Assembly (NCBI GenBank): GCA_965112155.1
Contig: OZ218103.1
DNA: 64,000 bases
Origin: Podarcis liolepis
Taxonomy: Eukaryota
Reading direction: 5' to 3' (one strand)
Positions 9,888 through 24,800 of this stretch are shown here, in pieces. Every line of letters begins with the position of its first letter. Position 1 is the first letter of the stretch. Below the pieces are notes generated by a model. The model was not told the DNA's origin. It did not search any database and saw only the letters and a list, made by a program, of their open reading frames with translations. The position numbers were made by a program, and so were the translations under genes.

Positions 9888-12800
9888 CGCATGTGCTGAA
9901 TTTCAGCATGGCACAGGGCACTGCTGAAATTTGAAAACCCAAAGTCTGCCACTGGCACCAGGCCCCCCTTTCTCCCCTTTGCGTCCCATCTGCTTCAGCT
10001 TCTCACCTTCCTCTTCTTGGGGTGGGCAAGGAGGAAGGACTTTCTATAGCCACTCAGCAGTTTTTCCTCTCCGCTAACCTGCCACGCAGGGCATATGCTC
10101 CTTTTCACCACCCCGTTTGATTCAGGCCTGTCAGCTAATGCTTAGGCAGATGCTTATGATGGAACAAAAAAACCCAAACCCCTCAACCAATTCCTTTTTG
10201 TATTACTCAATGGTCCCACAGAGGTTTGCAAAGTACTCTTTTTATGTCTTTGCTATAGGCAGCAAAAAATGGGATAAAACATATGTCTCTGTAGCTCAGA
10301 GGTAGAACACATACATGCCTTGCAACAGACCCTAGATTCAGACCCTGACATTTCCAGGTTAGGATGAGAAATACTCTTGTCTGAAGCCGCCTCTGTAGAC
10401 CAGGGATGGGGCCCTTGTGCTCTTCAGATCTCATTGGACTCCATCAACCCCACGCAGCATAACCAGTGGTCAAGGACGACGGCAGCTGTAGTCGAACAAC
10501 ATTTAAAGGGTCACAGGTTCCCCTCCCTGGCCTAAGGCCAGATAAAACCGCAGACTAATTCCTATATTTCTGAATTAAGAGGACTCTTTTAAAGAAACAA
10601 AAACGGTTGTTTTTGCTTGCTTTTGTAGATCGTAAATATTGAGGTGAGACAAAAAGTGTTCTGCATTGGAAACACTGATAAAAGCTCCTGCTGATGTATA
10701 GGACAATTACATTGAGAAATATTTGCTGCTGCATTTATAAGTCTTAATATCGCCCTTTTCACTGTACATCTTGTGCATCAATGAGTTTTCAGCTTCTCCT
10801 CACTCTTTTATAACCTTGGTCTAGTAAGGCAACTGTAATTGGTTATGTGCTACAGTTATCACCCGTACACTGATGACTGTGTGTTTCCTCTTACCGGAAG
10901 CCTGGACTTAGCTGTCCTTGCTTTACTAGATTTATTTGATATTCAGATAAACACCTGCATTTCCCACTCCACCCCCACCCCCATTAGCCTCACCATATGC
11001 TGTATGAGTAAACTCTTGAATATATAAGTACAGTGGTACCTCGGTTTACGAACTTAATCCATTCTGGAAGTCCATTCTTAAACCAAAACCATTCTTAAAC
11101 TGAGGCGCGCTTTCCCTAATGAGGCCTCCCGCTGCCGGTGCCCTTCCACCGTTCAGATTCTGTTCTTAGACTGAGGTAAAGTTCTCAAACCAAGACACTG
11201 TTTCCAGTTTTGCGGAGTTTGTAAACCAAATTGTTCTTAAACCGGACTGTTCTTAAACCGAGGTACCACTGTACTGTGACAGAGGAGCACTGGTCTCCTG
11301 CTTCTCTATTTCTGTGAGCAAAGCCCTCGCAGCTTCCCCACCCAGCTGGCTATCTCACAAGAGAAAGATTAAAACTGTCTGACGGAAAGTTGGGAAAATC
11401 TGGGTCTTAATTTAAACCCTAAACGACTCCTCAGCCTCTCACCTTACTCTGACAAAGTATCTCCCATTTACCTATAAAATGTGACTTGAGGTCTGATTGG
11501 TCATTGGGCAGGAATCCCATGAAAAGGTACTCTAGGATCATTCCCTTTGTTCTTGCTTCCCCACCTCGGGGCCTGTGACCTTTCTGCCTCAGGGCCACAC
11601 AGCATTTTGCTATGCACTGGGAAGCTGACCATTCTTGCAGCTTACTCATAAGCAACTAGAAATACAGTGCTGACTGGTTAGATCAGTTAGGGGTTTGAGC
11701 CACCAGGCTCTCATTTTGTTTATAGTATTCTGTTGAACATTTGCCTACTCCCCTCTTTCTTCTATTCTTAATAGAGTTTCATAACTTGACCACTGAAATG
11801 TGTGCATTTGCCAACCTCAGGATTCTAGTCATCCCCATGTGTCCAGACTGCTTGGAATTAAAGCTACAAGGAATTTAGGATCAGAGTTCTTTTAGACTAG
11901 TACATTAATCTATCCTCTGGGAGATACCAGGAGCAGGGGATTGGCTGGAGGCACAAGGTGCATTGGTCCGGGATCCCAGTATCTAATAGTTAATGGGGCA
12001 TCCCCAGATCCATCCTTGTTTGGGGTGGCAGGACAGGCTGTAGACTGAAATAGGTGGTGGCAACCATAAAACAAGAAGGCATAACTGGCTCCCTACTGGG
12101 CTGTTGAGTACCCACATACAAGGAAGGGGATCTGTTACGGTACATAGTGCTACTTCAGATTCTTGATCATGAGGTCAGTTTCTGTAGAGCTAAGAACATA
12201 GGAAGAGCCCTGCTGGATCAGGCTGAAGGTCCATCTACTCCAACATCCTGTTATCTCAGTGATGGTGCCTGTTGGAAAGTTTACAAGCAAGACATGAGCA
12301 CTAGAGCAATCTCTGCAATCCTATTCCTCAGTGATGGGTATTCAGAGACATGGAAGTAGCATACAGCTTTCATGGCTGTTTGCCATGGACAGCCTTACCC
12401 TCCATGAATTTATCAAATCACCCCTTTAAAGCTGGTTGCAGCCATCACCATCACCATACTCTAATTATCTGCTGTAAGAATAAGTATTTTATTTTGCTGT
12501 CCTGAAATGTCCAACGTGCATCATCATTGAGTGGCCCAAGGTTCTAGGAATATAATAGAGTGAGGAAAGCAAGGTAGAAAATTGTCATCAAACATCAGGC
12601 TTATTAGTCTCATTCTGCCCCTGCAATGCTTCATCAGCTCCCTTACCTGTTCACCCCTTTCTACTAATAGCCAGGCTTGTCTTTCAGTTGGAGTTGTGTT
12701 TTTTTCTGGTCATCATTTTTGATTGGCTGCTTGTCCCACCTGCTTCCTCCTTCTCAGCTCTCTTCCAGAAGCCCCTCTGCCCTGTGTAAACGTTTCTCCT

Positions 12801-15800
12801 ACACAAACTGACATTTTACTTCCTTCACGTAATTTGCTGCTCAATTGGAACCAGCAGAAGATAAATGATAGCAATTTATTTTCCAGGTAATGTGCCATTT
12901 TTCAAGCCATAATCCCAGCTACTTCCCTTTTGGAACTATGTATATCGCTGTATATTTACACTGCACCACCCTCTTCTGCTTTTTGAGATGACTCAGGTCC
13001 ATATACCTCAATTAAAATGATTCCATTCTGTGGAAATCCTTATCCTCGTTTATAAAAGAAGCAGGAGGTCCTGGGAGCTATACTCAATTTTGCAGTGTGT
13101 GCTGCTTTTGGCTGCCAAAGCATCCTGTACAACTGGATTTGGCTTGCCGTTCTCAAGTTTTAGGAATCTCTTTAGACAAGCCACATTGCAGCTTCCAAAC
13201 TCTAAATAGGTATGAGTCTTGGAGCCTCAGGGGACTGAAAATCCCCTGGTAATTTATTTTAAATAATACAGGTATTTCCTAATTTACATCATTTTTCTGC
13301 ATAGATGTCAATCAGCAGTACTGTAGTGCTGATGTAACTTTCATGCTTTATGATTTTGTATTGCTGGCACATCCTTCCTAACACTTAAGTGCTGCTGCAG
13401 CTAGTCTTTGGATCAGGTGTTTTGGCACAAAGAAGCTGAACTGAAAAGGCTGCCAATCACCATTGCTATACATGCAATGTTTTATAATTTGCAAGTCTTT
13501 GACTTTGTAATGAAGAGCAGCCATGTAGTGGCTTCTTTTAAATCCAGGCACATGAGTGCTGCTCCTTGTGGGTGAGCATCACGTGCGGTCCCCATTGTGT
13601 ACCACATTATTGCAAGACACAGAGGTGTGTAGCAGCCTGTAAGGCAAAGTGTTACAAATAACTGATGTGTCAACATTGGACATTCTGCCTGAGACACCAG
13701 TTTAAAGTGCTCTCTATGTAATGCTTATCATTTGCATCCACGCTCAGAGCTTAGGTATGAAAAGGTATGGAGCCATAGCAAACTGGAGAATGGATCTTGC
13801 TGAATTCACTCTGTTGTGGCCTGTCATGGACAATAGCATGAACAGCCTAATTAGCACTCTTCTTTGTTTTACATATGTGCAATTATTGCCTCATTAATGA
13901 GGCATTGTCCTTTCCAGGATAATGTTTTATTGTTTGAGCTGAAGCCCCGTAGCAATGAATGAACAATACAGATGACCAACTGAGCAACTGGCAAACGTGT
14001 GCAAGTTCGCCTGTTTCTTAAATGTTGTGCTCAAGTGCAACAATGGTTGGCTTGGTCTGTGGTGATTGTTGCTTCACCAGTAGATCCTTATACATTCTGT
14101 GATATATCCACCTGCCCCACCTAGCCCCCTTGCTGCACAACACAGAGCTGTAACTTCCGTTTCTCACTTTAAAAAAAAATATCCACCCTGAAACACATTG
14201 TAGTAATCCTACCACTATGGAGTTAAATTTAGAACCATTTGTCTCCACATTTAGATTTTTCTTTTCAGTTCCTTTCAGCTTCTGCCCTGTGTATTCCAGC
14301 AAAAATTAGTCATTTTTCCTTAAGCCCTATTCAGATGTTTAGCTGAATGCATCAGGGCCCAAAGTGTGTGCACGGCTGCATCTTCTCCTAACCTTTCTTT
14401 AGAGTGAATGCCTGAAGGGAGAATCCAGCTATATTCAACAGACACTGGTTCTAAACCCCTGGAGATTGGGAGTGGATATTGGGATAGGAGCAACACATGC
14501 TGTTTGGGCAGCGGTGGCGAGGGGGGGGGGGGAGTGCAGTGTACACAGCCCAGCACATAGGTGCCAACTCTGTGAGGCCCTGGTCCCTTTGGTCCTCCAA
14601 TAGAATATTTAGGGGGAGCTGAACCCTCCCTATTTTCCACAAGTTGGCACCTTCCTCCCTTGGACAGCCACCTCCCTCCTAGCTGGACACCACCCTCTTT
14701 TACAGGCTTGTGTCCTCATGGTGAAGGGAGGTGGTGTGGAGAGAGGGGAGAAGTGAGGAGAGGCACCCCCCCCAATATTTTCTTCAAGTTGGCATCTGTG
14801 ACCAGCATGTTGTGCACCTATTCACCACAGACCCCTTGCTAATTTCTTCTGGTAGAGACAAGAAAAGGGTGGTTCTGACCTTTGTAAAATCCAGTTTGCT
14901 AATATCTCAAGGTAGTGCATGCATTTTATACACACACACACACACCCCACTGTGCTCACACACGTTTTGCACACGTTTTCAAAGTTGTTGCTACAGAGAT
15001 GAAATGGCATACCTTCAATCTCTTCAGTTAAATGAAGAAGTGGTTTAGAGAGGAAACACGTATAGAAAGAAAATGCTGGAAATTAGTGCTAGGAGAAAGT
15101 GAAGTGAAGAATCAACCTGATAAGGAGAGCAGGTGGTGAACACGCAATAAATGAAACTTAAAATGTTGATTTTGCCTTTTACAGGCTGCTGGTTTCAGAG
15201 GCTGAGTGGCGGTTTATGTGTACATGAAGTAAAACTGGAAAAACCAGTAACTTGGAGGATTTGTAACCGACAGGGGCCTAGGCTGTCTAACATTGTGAGG
15301 CTCAGCTGAGTTGGAAAAGCCACTTTTAATCCATAAACGGTTGCCCAGGGGTTTCTGAGGATGTATGTGGAGAAATGAGGATAGTGGATGCCCTAGATAA
15401 GTTTTGTACTATGTGGCCAGGGAAGTCCGGATCCTGCATCAGAAATGTTTCCCTGCTAGCAAAGCAAGAGAGGAGGGAACACAGGTTAATACTAAAGTAC
15501 AAGCTTTGTGTGAAACAAGTATCTGGGTTTAGTCCCTGCCATCTGGGCTGGGAAGGACATGTGCCAGCCAGGATAGAGAATCCCAGCTTGCTTGGACCAG
15601 CAGTTTTATTTGCTGTTAAGCAGCATTCCATGAACTTGCTATTGTTCCATCTCAGACAGGGAAGTTAGTGAAGAGATCTGATTCTGATAATCGAGGGATG
15701 AGGAGAGTTGCCAGCAGAAGTACAGTGAAACCAGAAGATTGCAAACAAGATTGGGCTTCTAACACAGTTCCAGGAAACGGACCACTTTTGCTTCATAATA

Positions 15801-18800
15801 GGCATGTGTCTAATCTTCTCAAAGAATGTCTGCATGCCTCATAAAGACAGATTAAATTGCTCATTTAAAAAAGCAAAATGTTCTGAAGAAATAGAACTTG
15901 TTTGTATGGTCATCAGTGACAAAACCGCTTGTAAAATGGTATTGAGAGCCACCTCAAACAGCAGAGATACTTTGGGCATGGGGGAGAAGGAAGTAGAGTT
16001 GGAATGGCAGGTACACTCCCAGTGCCAGATTGCAGCCTTGTTTGCTTCCTGGTTCAGAATGCCCGAAGGAGGAGTACATGGTGAATCCAGATAAGAACTC
16101 CTTGTTATTCCTTAGCTGCTTTTACAACCTGTTCCTTACAGAGGCAGCTGGGCGGCTTTTAAGACTGGCCAATATTTCAACTATGCTTCAGTTATTATTA
16201 TTCAGTACAAGGTTCTGGGTCCAGCTTTCTGGAGGTAGAATTATTCTGAGTGCATTGGAAGAATGCTGCAGTTTCCTGAAAATACCCATTTCCACATTTG
16301 TGATAAACTTAGCATTCCTTACAGCAGCTAAGTGACCTTTACTGGTATGAAAGCACTTTCTGCTTAAAAGGGTCTCTTTACTATTGATTGATCATCACAG
16401 GTGTGAGAAAGCAGGGACTGAGAACATGGAAAGCTGCCTTATACCAACCAACTCAGACCACTGTTCATCCAACTCAGAGTCATCTACATTGTACACCAGG
16501 GGAGGGTGGTCTTGCAGGATCTACCATATTATTGTACTAGAACTCATGAGATCCCCCAACCAGAGCCAGGTGCAAAATAAATTTAGCTAAGGGCTTATCC
16601 ACTTCCTGTTGTCCCACTGCTTTCCCCTGGGGAAAAAATGCTCTTTTGTTATCAGTCAGAACAAATGGCACGGGTTTTTCGTGAACTGCCATTTGTTCCA
16701 ATTTAAAGCTAAGGAGCAGGTTTTTCTTGGGAAATGAGTGGGGCAAGGGGAAACTTGCTTAGACCCATGCTTTCTAGGCATGGGGCAAGCAGAAGTGTGG
16801 ACAAGCCCTAAGAATTAAGGACAAGGTGCCCCTTAACATATGTTCAGCCTAGATTTCCCTGCAGCCTTTCTTTGTTTCAGCAGCCTAATTTAGGATTTGT
16901 GTGTGTGATATTTTATTTTTATTTTATTTATTTTTTTATTTATACCCCACCCATCTGGCTGGGTTGCCCCACCTATTTCTGGTGTTGCTATTACAGTGGT
17001 ACCTCGGGTTAAGAACTTAATTCGTTCTGGACATCCGTTCTTAACCTGAAACTGTTCTTAATCTGAGGTACCACTTTAGCTAATGGTGCCTCCAACTGCT
17101 GTCGCGCCGCCGGAGCATGATTTCTGTTCTCATCCTGAAGCAAAGTTCTTAACCTGAGGTACAATTTCTGGGTTAGCGGAGTCTGTAACCTGAAGCGTCT
17201 GTAACCTGAAGCGTCTGTAACCCGAGGTACCACTGTACTAGACAGTTGGAATCCCTTACCAAGCTCCTGGAAATCACCCAGAGATCTGCCAGTAGTTTCC
17301 AATGTACCGCCACACCTGCTTGATACTGTCTGGCGGGGTTTCAGACAGAAGTCTTTCCCAGCTCTGCTTGGAGACACTGGGGGGGTTTTTTAAAAAAGCA
17401 ACTGCACCAATTGTACCCCCCCCACCAAAATAGCAAAGGCTGAACAAACACAAAGCGTGCTTTTCACTCTGTATCAATGGCAGTTTCTCCATAGGAGCCA
17501 CTAGTTCTTATAAATGAACCGTCACTATATGGTAGATGAGTCTGCCTTAGTTTGGTGACAGGTGCAAAAACAGGAATATTTTAAGAGTAACTACAAGGAT
17601 AAAATGAAGTGTTACCTGCCAAAAGGTGAAGAAGAGGTGGTTCCCGCCCAAAAGAAGATGTTTTAATCTGGTTTGGGCAGTTTATTTTAAGTATGGAAAT
17701 GGAGCACATTCTACCCTGATACAATTTGGGTACATGCTGTCCCTGACATTTCATGTCAATTAACTGCTTAATAAACACTTATGCCTCACATGTCTAATTT
17801 CCCCCTTTTTTTTCAAACTTCACATTATTAGTTTTCTAATGGTACAGTTTCCCCTCAACTCCTCATTTCTGTCCAACCGCACACTGAAGAAAAGGCTTTG
17901 ACATAGGGGGTTGAATCCGGGACGTTTTGTATGCAAAACGTAGAGCCGAACAATAGCCCTTCCCCATTGTGTTAGACCAAATGTGTGTGTGTGTTTTAAA
18001 TTTATCTACTATCTATTTTCTACAGAAGAAAAGTATCTTTTCTTTACATGACTGTTAATTGTTTTTCATAATATACCCCTCATTTGTGTTTTAATTTTTT
18101 TTTCATATTTAGTATATGTTCTTGTCTGGAAAAGTGGTTTGTCAGTAGAATTCTTTTTATTTCTCCCCCTTTTTCTGACTTACCTGCTATTCATTGCACT
18201 CGGGTAGGTTATCCTTACAATGTGCCAAATAAAGAACAGCTCAGGCAAGTGCCAGGAGCAAATGCCAGTCTCTTGCCAAGGAAAATAAATGGATATGTAC
18301 AGTAAGCTTATGTCCAGGAGAATTGTCTTGAATCGCACAGAAGTTCTTGCTCATTAAAAGTGGAATTTCCTTAATAGCCTGGAAATGTCAAACTCTGTGC
18401 TAATCTACCGCTCTTGAGTGATGGGTTTGCACACATACATGCAGATAGAGGGATGGGGAGCAGACAGACTCATGTATGCCTTACAGAAAATGGGAAGGCA
18501 ATGACCAAGTTCAGATGTAACATTAGACTATGATTTAACACTGCATGAATCAGCCTCCTCTCTTCCTGAGCAACTCTATTCCTCCCATACAGCCAAGAAC
18601 ATGACTGTGACTTGTAAACTGTGACTTCCCGTGCTATCTGAAGCAGGAATAATGTTTTCTCACTAACTGTGCTTAGTTTTCAAACAAGTCAACTTCAAAT
18701 TGTGAGTTATGAAGCTGTCTTGATTTTTTATAAAAACCCTAACCATAGTTAGTGTTAAACTACTATTCTCAGTTTTGACAATGCAGGAAGTCATAGTTTA

Positions 18801-21800
18801 CTGAAAGCAAAGCAAGCGCTTATATGTTCCTTCTTTTAGCTGTGGGTAGGTAGCAAGAGCCCTGAAGCAAGGTAGACTCATTCACATTGCTTTTAAACAG
18901 TGGTTTAGTGTAACATCCAGACACGACTGAATATATATGAGCTGCTAATGGTTTGTCCTTCGGTGTTTTGCCACGTAAAAAGATACATTTCTCTGCAATC
19001 GAAAAAGCACAGGTTGCAATCTCAGTTGGGTGTTTAAGTGACAGAATGCATGAAACTGAGTGCTTGACTTTGTGTTCCCACATATTTTTTACATCCAACA
19101 AACAGTTAGGTTTAAAAGCATTGTAGGCTGCTCTAGCTCCATATCTAATTCAAAATGCCGAAAGCTGCTGCATATAAGACTGAAGCAAAAATTAAACCAA
19201 AAACCCCCCCACAAAAAAACCCCTGGCATTCAAAGAGGCAAATTGATAGGTCTGGAGGATATTCTGACAATAGCTTGAATTAGGCACACAGAGTGAAGGG
19301 TGGGAGGGAAGGCACTGTACCCATTAAACAAGTGCAGGTGGTTGGGATGCAGTGGTGCATCTCACTCAGCCTCATTAACCGTGACTGGGAATTGCTCTCC
19401 CACAGAGGCCTTTCTCGGTCTTGGGGCGGCACGCTTGCAAAGCAAGTGCTCAGCAACTGAGCCTCTGCAGGTTCAGTTAAAAGACAGTGGATCCAGCCTG
19501 GAAGCTCAACTTGTAGCTGTTACACTTGAGACCTCTTGGACTTGACTTTCATTACAGAAAAGTAGCACTTGTTGTAGCCCTTCTGAGCTTCATCAGGAAT
19601 TGTACTATGTAATTTTTCCTCCTTCAAGAATTTTACTATCCCAGTGAAATGTTTTAAAAATACTGGAAGCTGGCTACAGTACCGGGACTTGCTTGCATAG
19701 GCTGAAAGAGAGCAATGCACTGCCCTGTTCTCTGCTTCAACCAGTAATGAGAATTCTGTGCCACTGTGCATACAGATAAGGGCAGGGATCTGGGCCAAAT
19801 CTCTTGGGCTGAGCCCAAACGATTGCCTTTTGTTCCATGTTAGTTTGTTTTTTGTCCTTTTCCATTCTTGTATTTCTCTTTACATGTTTGCAGGGTACAC
19901 GTGCAGACATCAGTACAGGGATGGAAAGGGACACGAGACATGACAAGGAGGGAAGCTTCCCTTGATGCCAGTAGAACTTTCCCTCCTGGTTCAAATAGCA
20001 GCTTTTGGGGCACGGGGCAAGAACGATTTTTGCCAGGAACATGGCTGACAGACACTGTTAACTGCCCCTTGGTACAGGGTCCAAATCCTGATCCCCCCTC
20101 AGCCACAAATTATAAGAAAGCTAGGCACATTAGTTTCAACCATCCGTTGCCAAGTTTGGCCCCCAGCTTTGCACTGCTGACCATAGTTTCAAGCGCCACC
20201 CCCAAGTGACATTCTGCACATCTTTATTTAGAGGGTGATCTTTAGCCCTGTTGAATGCCTGTGATTTGGAAGACTGGGGGTTCCACTCAGCATTGTTCCA
20301 TGGGCAGATGTACAGTCCACTTACACCAGACAGAGCAAGTACTGAAAAAGTGTGTGTGTTTTTGTCACGGGGTCATGCATGGTTTTGTTTCTGACTACAC
20401 ACCCGATTTTGCATGGCTCTGCTCACTCTCTAGGTTCAGCCTCTGTCCCTCTCCCTTCTTGAACACATTCATTAACCTCTTTCTATTATGTACGTTGCGA
20501 TGGTAGACGTGATGAAACTAAAATGAAGCCAAGTACATAATCGCCAACACTTTTTGGTTCTGGGGAGGGGAACAGAGAAGTGAAATACTCCCTGCAGAAG
20601 TTTTACATGGCAAAAGTTTTGCAGTGCACATATTTGTATTTGGTTGAGGAAAATACTGGGTGCTTTTTAAAAGCACAAAACCCGTAGCATTTTCTCCTGT
20701 ATTAAAATGCATTTTCTTCCAAAGTCTGATAGTTCTTCTGTGATCAAGTGGCATATACTGTTCTAGAAGAAAATGTGTGTGGCTGCACCTTTCTGTGAAA
20801 ACTGGATGTGCTGAGAAAGATCAAGGGATTTCAAAAACCTTCCCTGTCAAACAGTCTTAATATAATAACTCTTGTCTTACCTTTTCCCTTCCCTGATATT
20901 CAAGTGCTGTGAAACTTCAAAGGCTTGGCTTGTTTTCAATTGCTATTTTGAACCACTTGCTGTTCATCAGCCTAGGAACAAAATCACTTTTTACACACTA
21001 GCTAGATCTAATTTAAATGGTGCTTGAGAAAGGCTCTATATTTTCATGAGCCCTTTGTTTCTTATTAGTTTAAGAAAATGCTAATACAGTGCCAAAACAT
21101 TGTTTAACATGTCACAAAACTCCAAAGCTTGTTCTGCAACAAAGCTAAATAAGCCTTCTGAATTTAAGTTAAGCAGGAGGAAAAATATATCATGTTTGCA
21201 CTATAAATGAAGGTGCTGAAGAACTAAACTTTTTCCTTGAACAAGTTCGGCAAAATCCTTTGATTTACTTATTCCCCTCCCCCTTTTTTTGCTCTGTATA
21301 AAAGAAGCAGAACCCTCTCATGCTTGTTTATAGCCTTGCCAACCGAGTTGGAAAGGAGTGCCTGGCCTTTGCCAATGAAGAGTTCACCTGGGTGTGAGGA
21401 TGAGTACCTCCTCTATGTAGAGAGCACTGATTTTGGGGAGGCCAAGTGTGTTGGGGCAAGATGGTTCAAGCAAGACACCGTATTTATGTACTATGAAAGG
21501 AGTGGGGGAGACATGGGAGGCAGCTGCAACGGTTATACATTACAGCAAGGGTTTTTCTTTAACTTGCTTACCTGTGTGGGGTGCTGTGTCCTTGCATCTC
21601 CAGTTGTGGGAGCGGAAGGTAACTTGGCATTTGGGCCTGAAGCTCCAAGGTGAGATACTGTACCAGATAAGGTTCTGGGAAGAGAAGTTTCAGCAATATC
21701 CTTGTGTTTTGTACGAGTTATCTGGAGAGAAGCTGTGTTGATGCAAAGTGGCTCCTTTGGAAACAGGAAACAAGGGGGGGAAACCTGCATGTGAGCATCA

Positions 21801-24800
21801 AATGTGAGCTACCAGAGGCCAGAGAGATACAGGCCCATGCCGTGTGCCCTATTGTCTGAGTTGTAGCCTTTCTGTGTAGGGGGTTTAGATACAGTGGTAC
21901 CTTGGGTTAAGAACTTTATTCATTCTGGATGACTGTTCTTAACCTGAGGTACCACTTTAGCTAATGGGGCCGCCACACGGCCACTGCACAAATCCTGTTC
22001 TCATTCTGAAGCAAAGTTCTTAACCCGAGGTTCTATTTCTGAGTTAGCAGAGTCTATAACCTGAAGCGTCTGTAACCCGAGGTACTACTGTACTGCTGGT
22101 GTATCAGGTGGAGTGCTGGCTGAGGGCCCAAGAGATCAGAGGGGGCCCTCACTGGCCCCACCCAACCACAAAGCAGCCGTTTGGAAGTGGACAAATCAAT
22201 GAGACAGCCTGGACCCCGTGAGAAGAATATAGAGACTGCTCTTTGTAATAAAAAAGTGACAAGTGGCCCTGCTCCCTTTTTTCCAGAAGCCCCCATCTCT
22301 TTCCCCAGAAATCCTGCTTTTTAATATAAATTTAATATAATAGTGGGAGTGCTGTGTTTTATGATACATTGTCCCTGGTGTGAAAGAACAGGTTTTATGT
22401 CCTCCAACATAGGGCATGGGTGATAATCCTAAATGTTGATGGGTTACATCCTTCTAGATGGACATATAGCACAGCTTTTTTCTTTCTTTCCCTGAGCTGG
22501 TGTAAAGTTATGGCATTCATGGCTGCAGATCTAAGGAGTGTAGAATATGGTACAAGTGCGCTCTTTCCTCACGTTGCCCGTGCCCTGCACCCCATTCCAG
22601 CTGCTTCACTGGCGTATCTTTGCTGGTGGAATGGCTCTACCAGTGGAGGGTTTACGCCAGCAGATCTCCCCTGGCAAATCTGCCGTGGTGGCTGCATATC
22701 TGGTATTCCACCAATGTGGTGGGGGCTTCTGCCAAAGTTGAAAGCTGTCAAATCTTCAGTATGGGATTGCATCCTAATTAAATTGTAATTCATTATTTAC
22801 ATTTGCTTACCATTTTTGAGCTTTTCTTTTGATATATTTCCACACTTGTCTTTATCAGCTCTGAATTTCTCCTGCTGTTTTATTGTCTCTCTCACAGCCC
22901 TTTAAAGTTAGCTTCTTTGAGAAATCTTGCATCCTTTTGCTTGATTTGTGTGTGCTTTTGCCTCATTTGACAGCTCCCTTTCTGATTAATTTATGCTTAT
23001 GTCAAACAGAGGCCCCATTATTTGCTTCAGATTCTTTCTTTCTGTCGGTTGCTTCATCAGATCTTTAAAAGATTTGAGTCTCGTACCACTTCTTGGTTTT
23101 CATAGGAGCCTCTTAGTTTGGGAGTTCTGGCTTTGCATGTACAGATTGTGCAGAGGTCTGTGTATATTAAGTTCATTGCAAGCAAGCTTTTTTGCACACA
23201 CTGCCTTAAGTCAAACATGTGGATGGCAGGTGGAACCAGCAGGTGCCCCATGAAGGGGACGGTGGTAATCCTGTTTATCACTGTGCAGGCACTTTGAAGG
23301 TCTACAGAGGACTGCAGTTTGACACTACACAGGCTGTAAGAACAAAAGCAGAGGTTTCTCAGCAACATCATTGCTCTTATACAGCTGCCCTACATGTCTT
23401 TGTCCAAATGCAGAGCTTTTTCTCAGGTATATAGATTTGGGTGTTAGAAATAATTAGGTGTTTTGTTTTTTTAAGAAATAACGAGGAAATCTTAGAACCT
23501 TATTTCTTAACAGATTATAATCTATTCATTTCCTTGCTATTTAGATTTGGGGGGGAGTGGGAAGATAACGTGCTCAACTTGCAGCTTAACACAAAAGGTG
23601 ATTTTTGCCAGGCTTTTAGGCTAACTCTTCCAGCCGGCTGCATTTGCCTTGAGCATTAGCTTAACTTCTTCATAAACAACCCTCCCTGGCCTCTGCACAG
23701 AGGAAGGTGTCAGGTTTTCAAGGTGATTAGCAGGGAACACTTTACCCATGTAGCAGCTGTTCCTCCATATGGATGTGTGGAACACAGTCAAAGATAAGTG
23801 AAGGGCAGGGCAGGTGTCCACAGAAAGCAAAGAACTGGCTTTCATCAATCCTGATAAAATTAACATCTGGGAAACTTTTACAAAAGGCTGCCTTTTCGTT
23901 GCCACTGTTTCACGTAGGGCTACTTCATGTATTACAAACAGAAAAGAGATTAATCTACATGTCAGGTGATGTGTGAGCAAACTGCCAACCTGGACCTAAT
24001 CGCTGTGTTGAATTATGCTTAACACCAAAGCACCTTTGTCCACAAAATGGCACAGCCAGCTCTGACCCTGAATGGTATGGGGATGGTGTGGTGCATTTTT
24101 TTTCCTTTCAAAGAAACCTCCCATTAAATGCTGGAATTCTGGGGTGAATTGGGAATTGGGAATGCACGCCTGATTCTCTGACTCCACTCCTCTACGTTCC
24201 AAGATACTTTAATATTTTGAAGGGTCTTCCCTCCTGTTATTCATTATTATTATTTTACATTTATATCCCAACGGTCCTCCAAGGAGTACATAGTTCTCCT
24301 CCCTCATTTTATCCTCACAACAACCCTGTGAGGTAGGTTAGGCAGCGACTGACCCCAAGGTCAGCACCCAGTGAGCTTCATACCTGGGAGGGGGGCATAT
24401 TTGAACCCTGGTCTTAGTGCAATGCTCTCTCGACTACACTACATTGGCTCTTAAATATTACTATATCCAAATAATGAAATCCCAAGCCAGAATGAGATTT
24501 TCTGGCTCGCTGTAGCTTTTAGAAGTATGCAGCTACAAATGAAATGAGTAGCATTAGATCACAAGGAAGGTAGTTGGGGACCAGAATTTGACCTTAGGCA
24601 GAGTGAGGCAGCCGCCTCGGGTAGCACATGCTGTGTGGGTGGTGGTGTGGCAGCGAGAAGCTGGATGATAGAGGTAGGTGTGCACCACATGGTCTACCCT
24701 GCATGCCCCATGGGATGTGGTGGAGTGCGCCATCTTTGCTAGTGTTAGTGGTTTGTTTGTTTTTTTAGTGGATCTTTGCTAGTGTTGAAGTAAGATTCAA

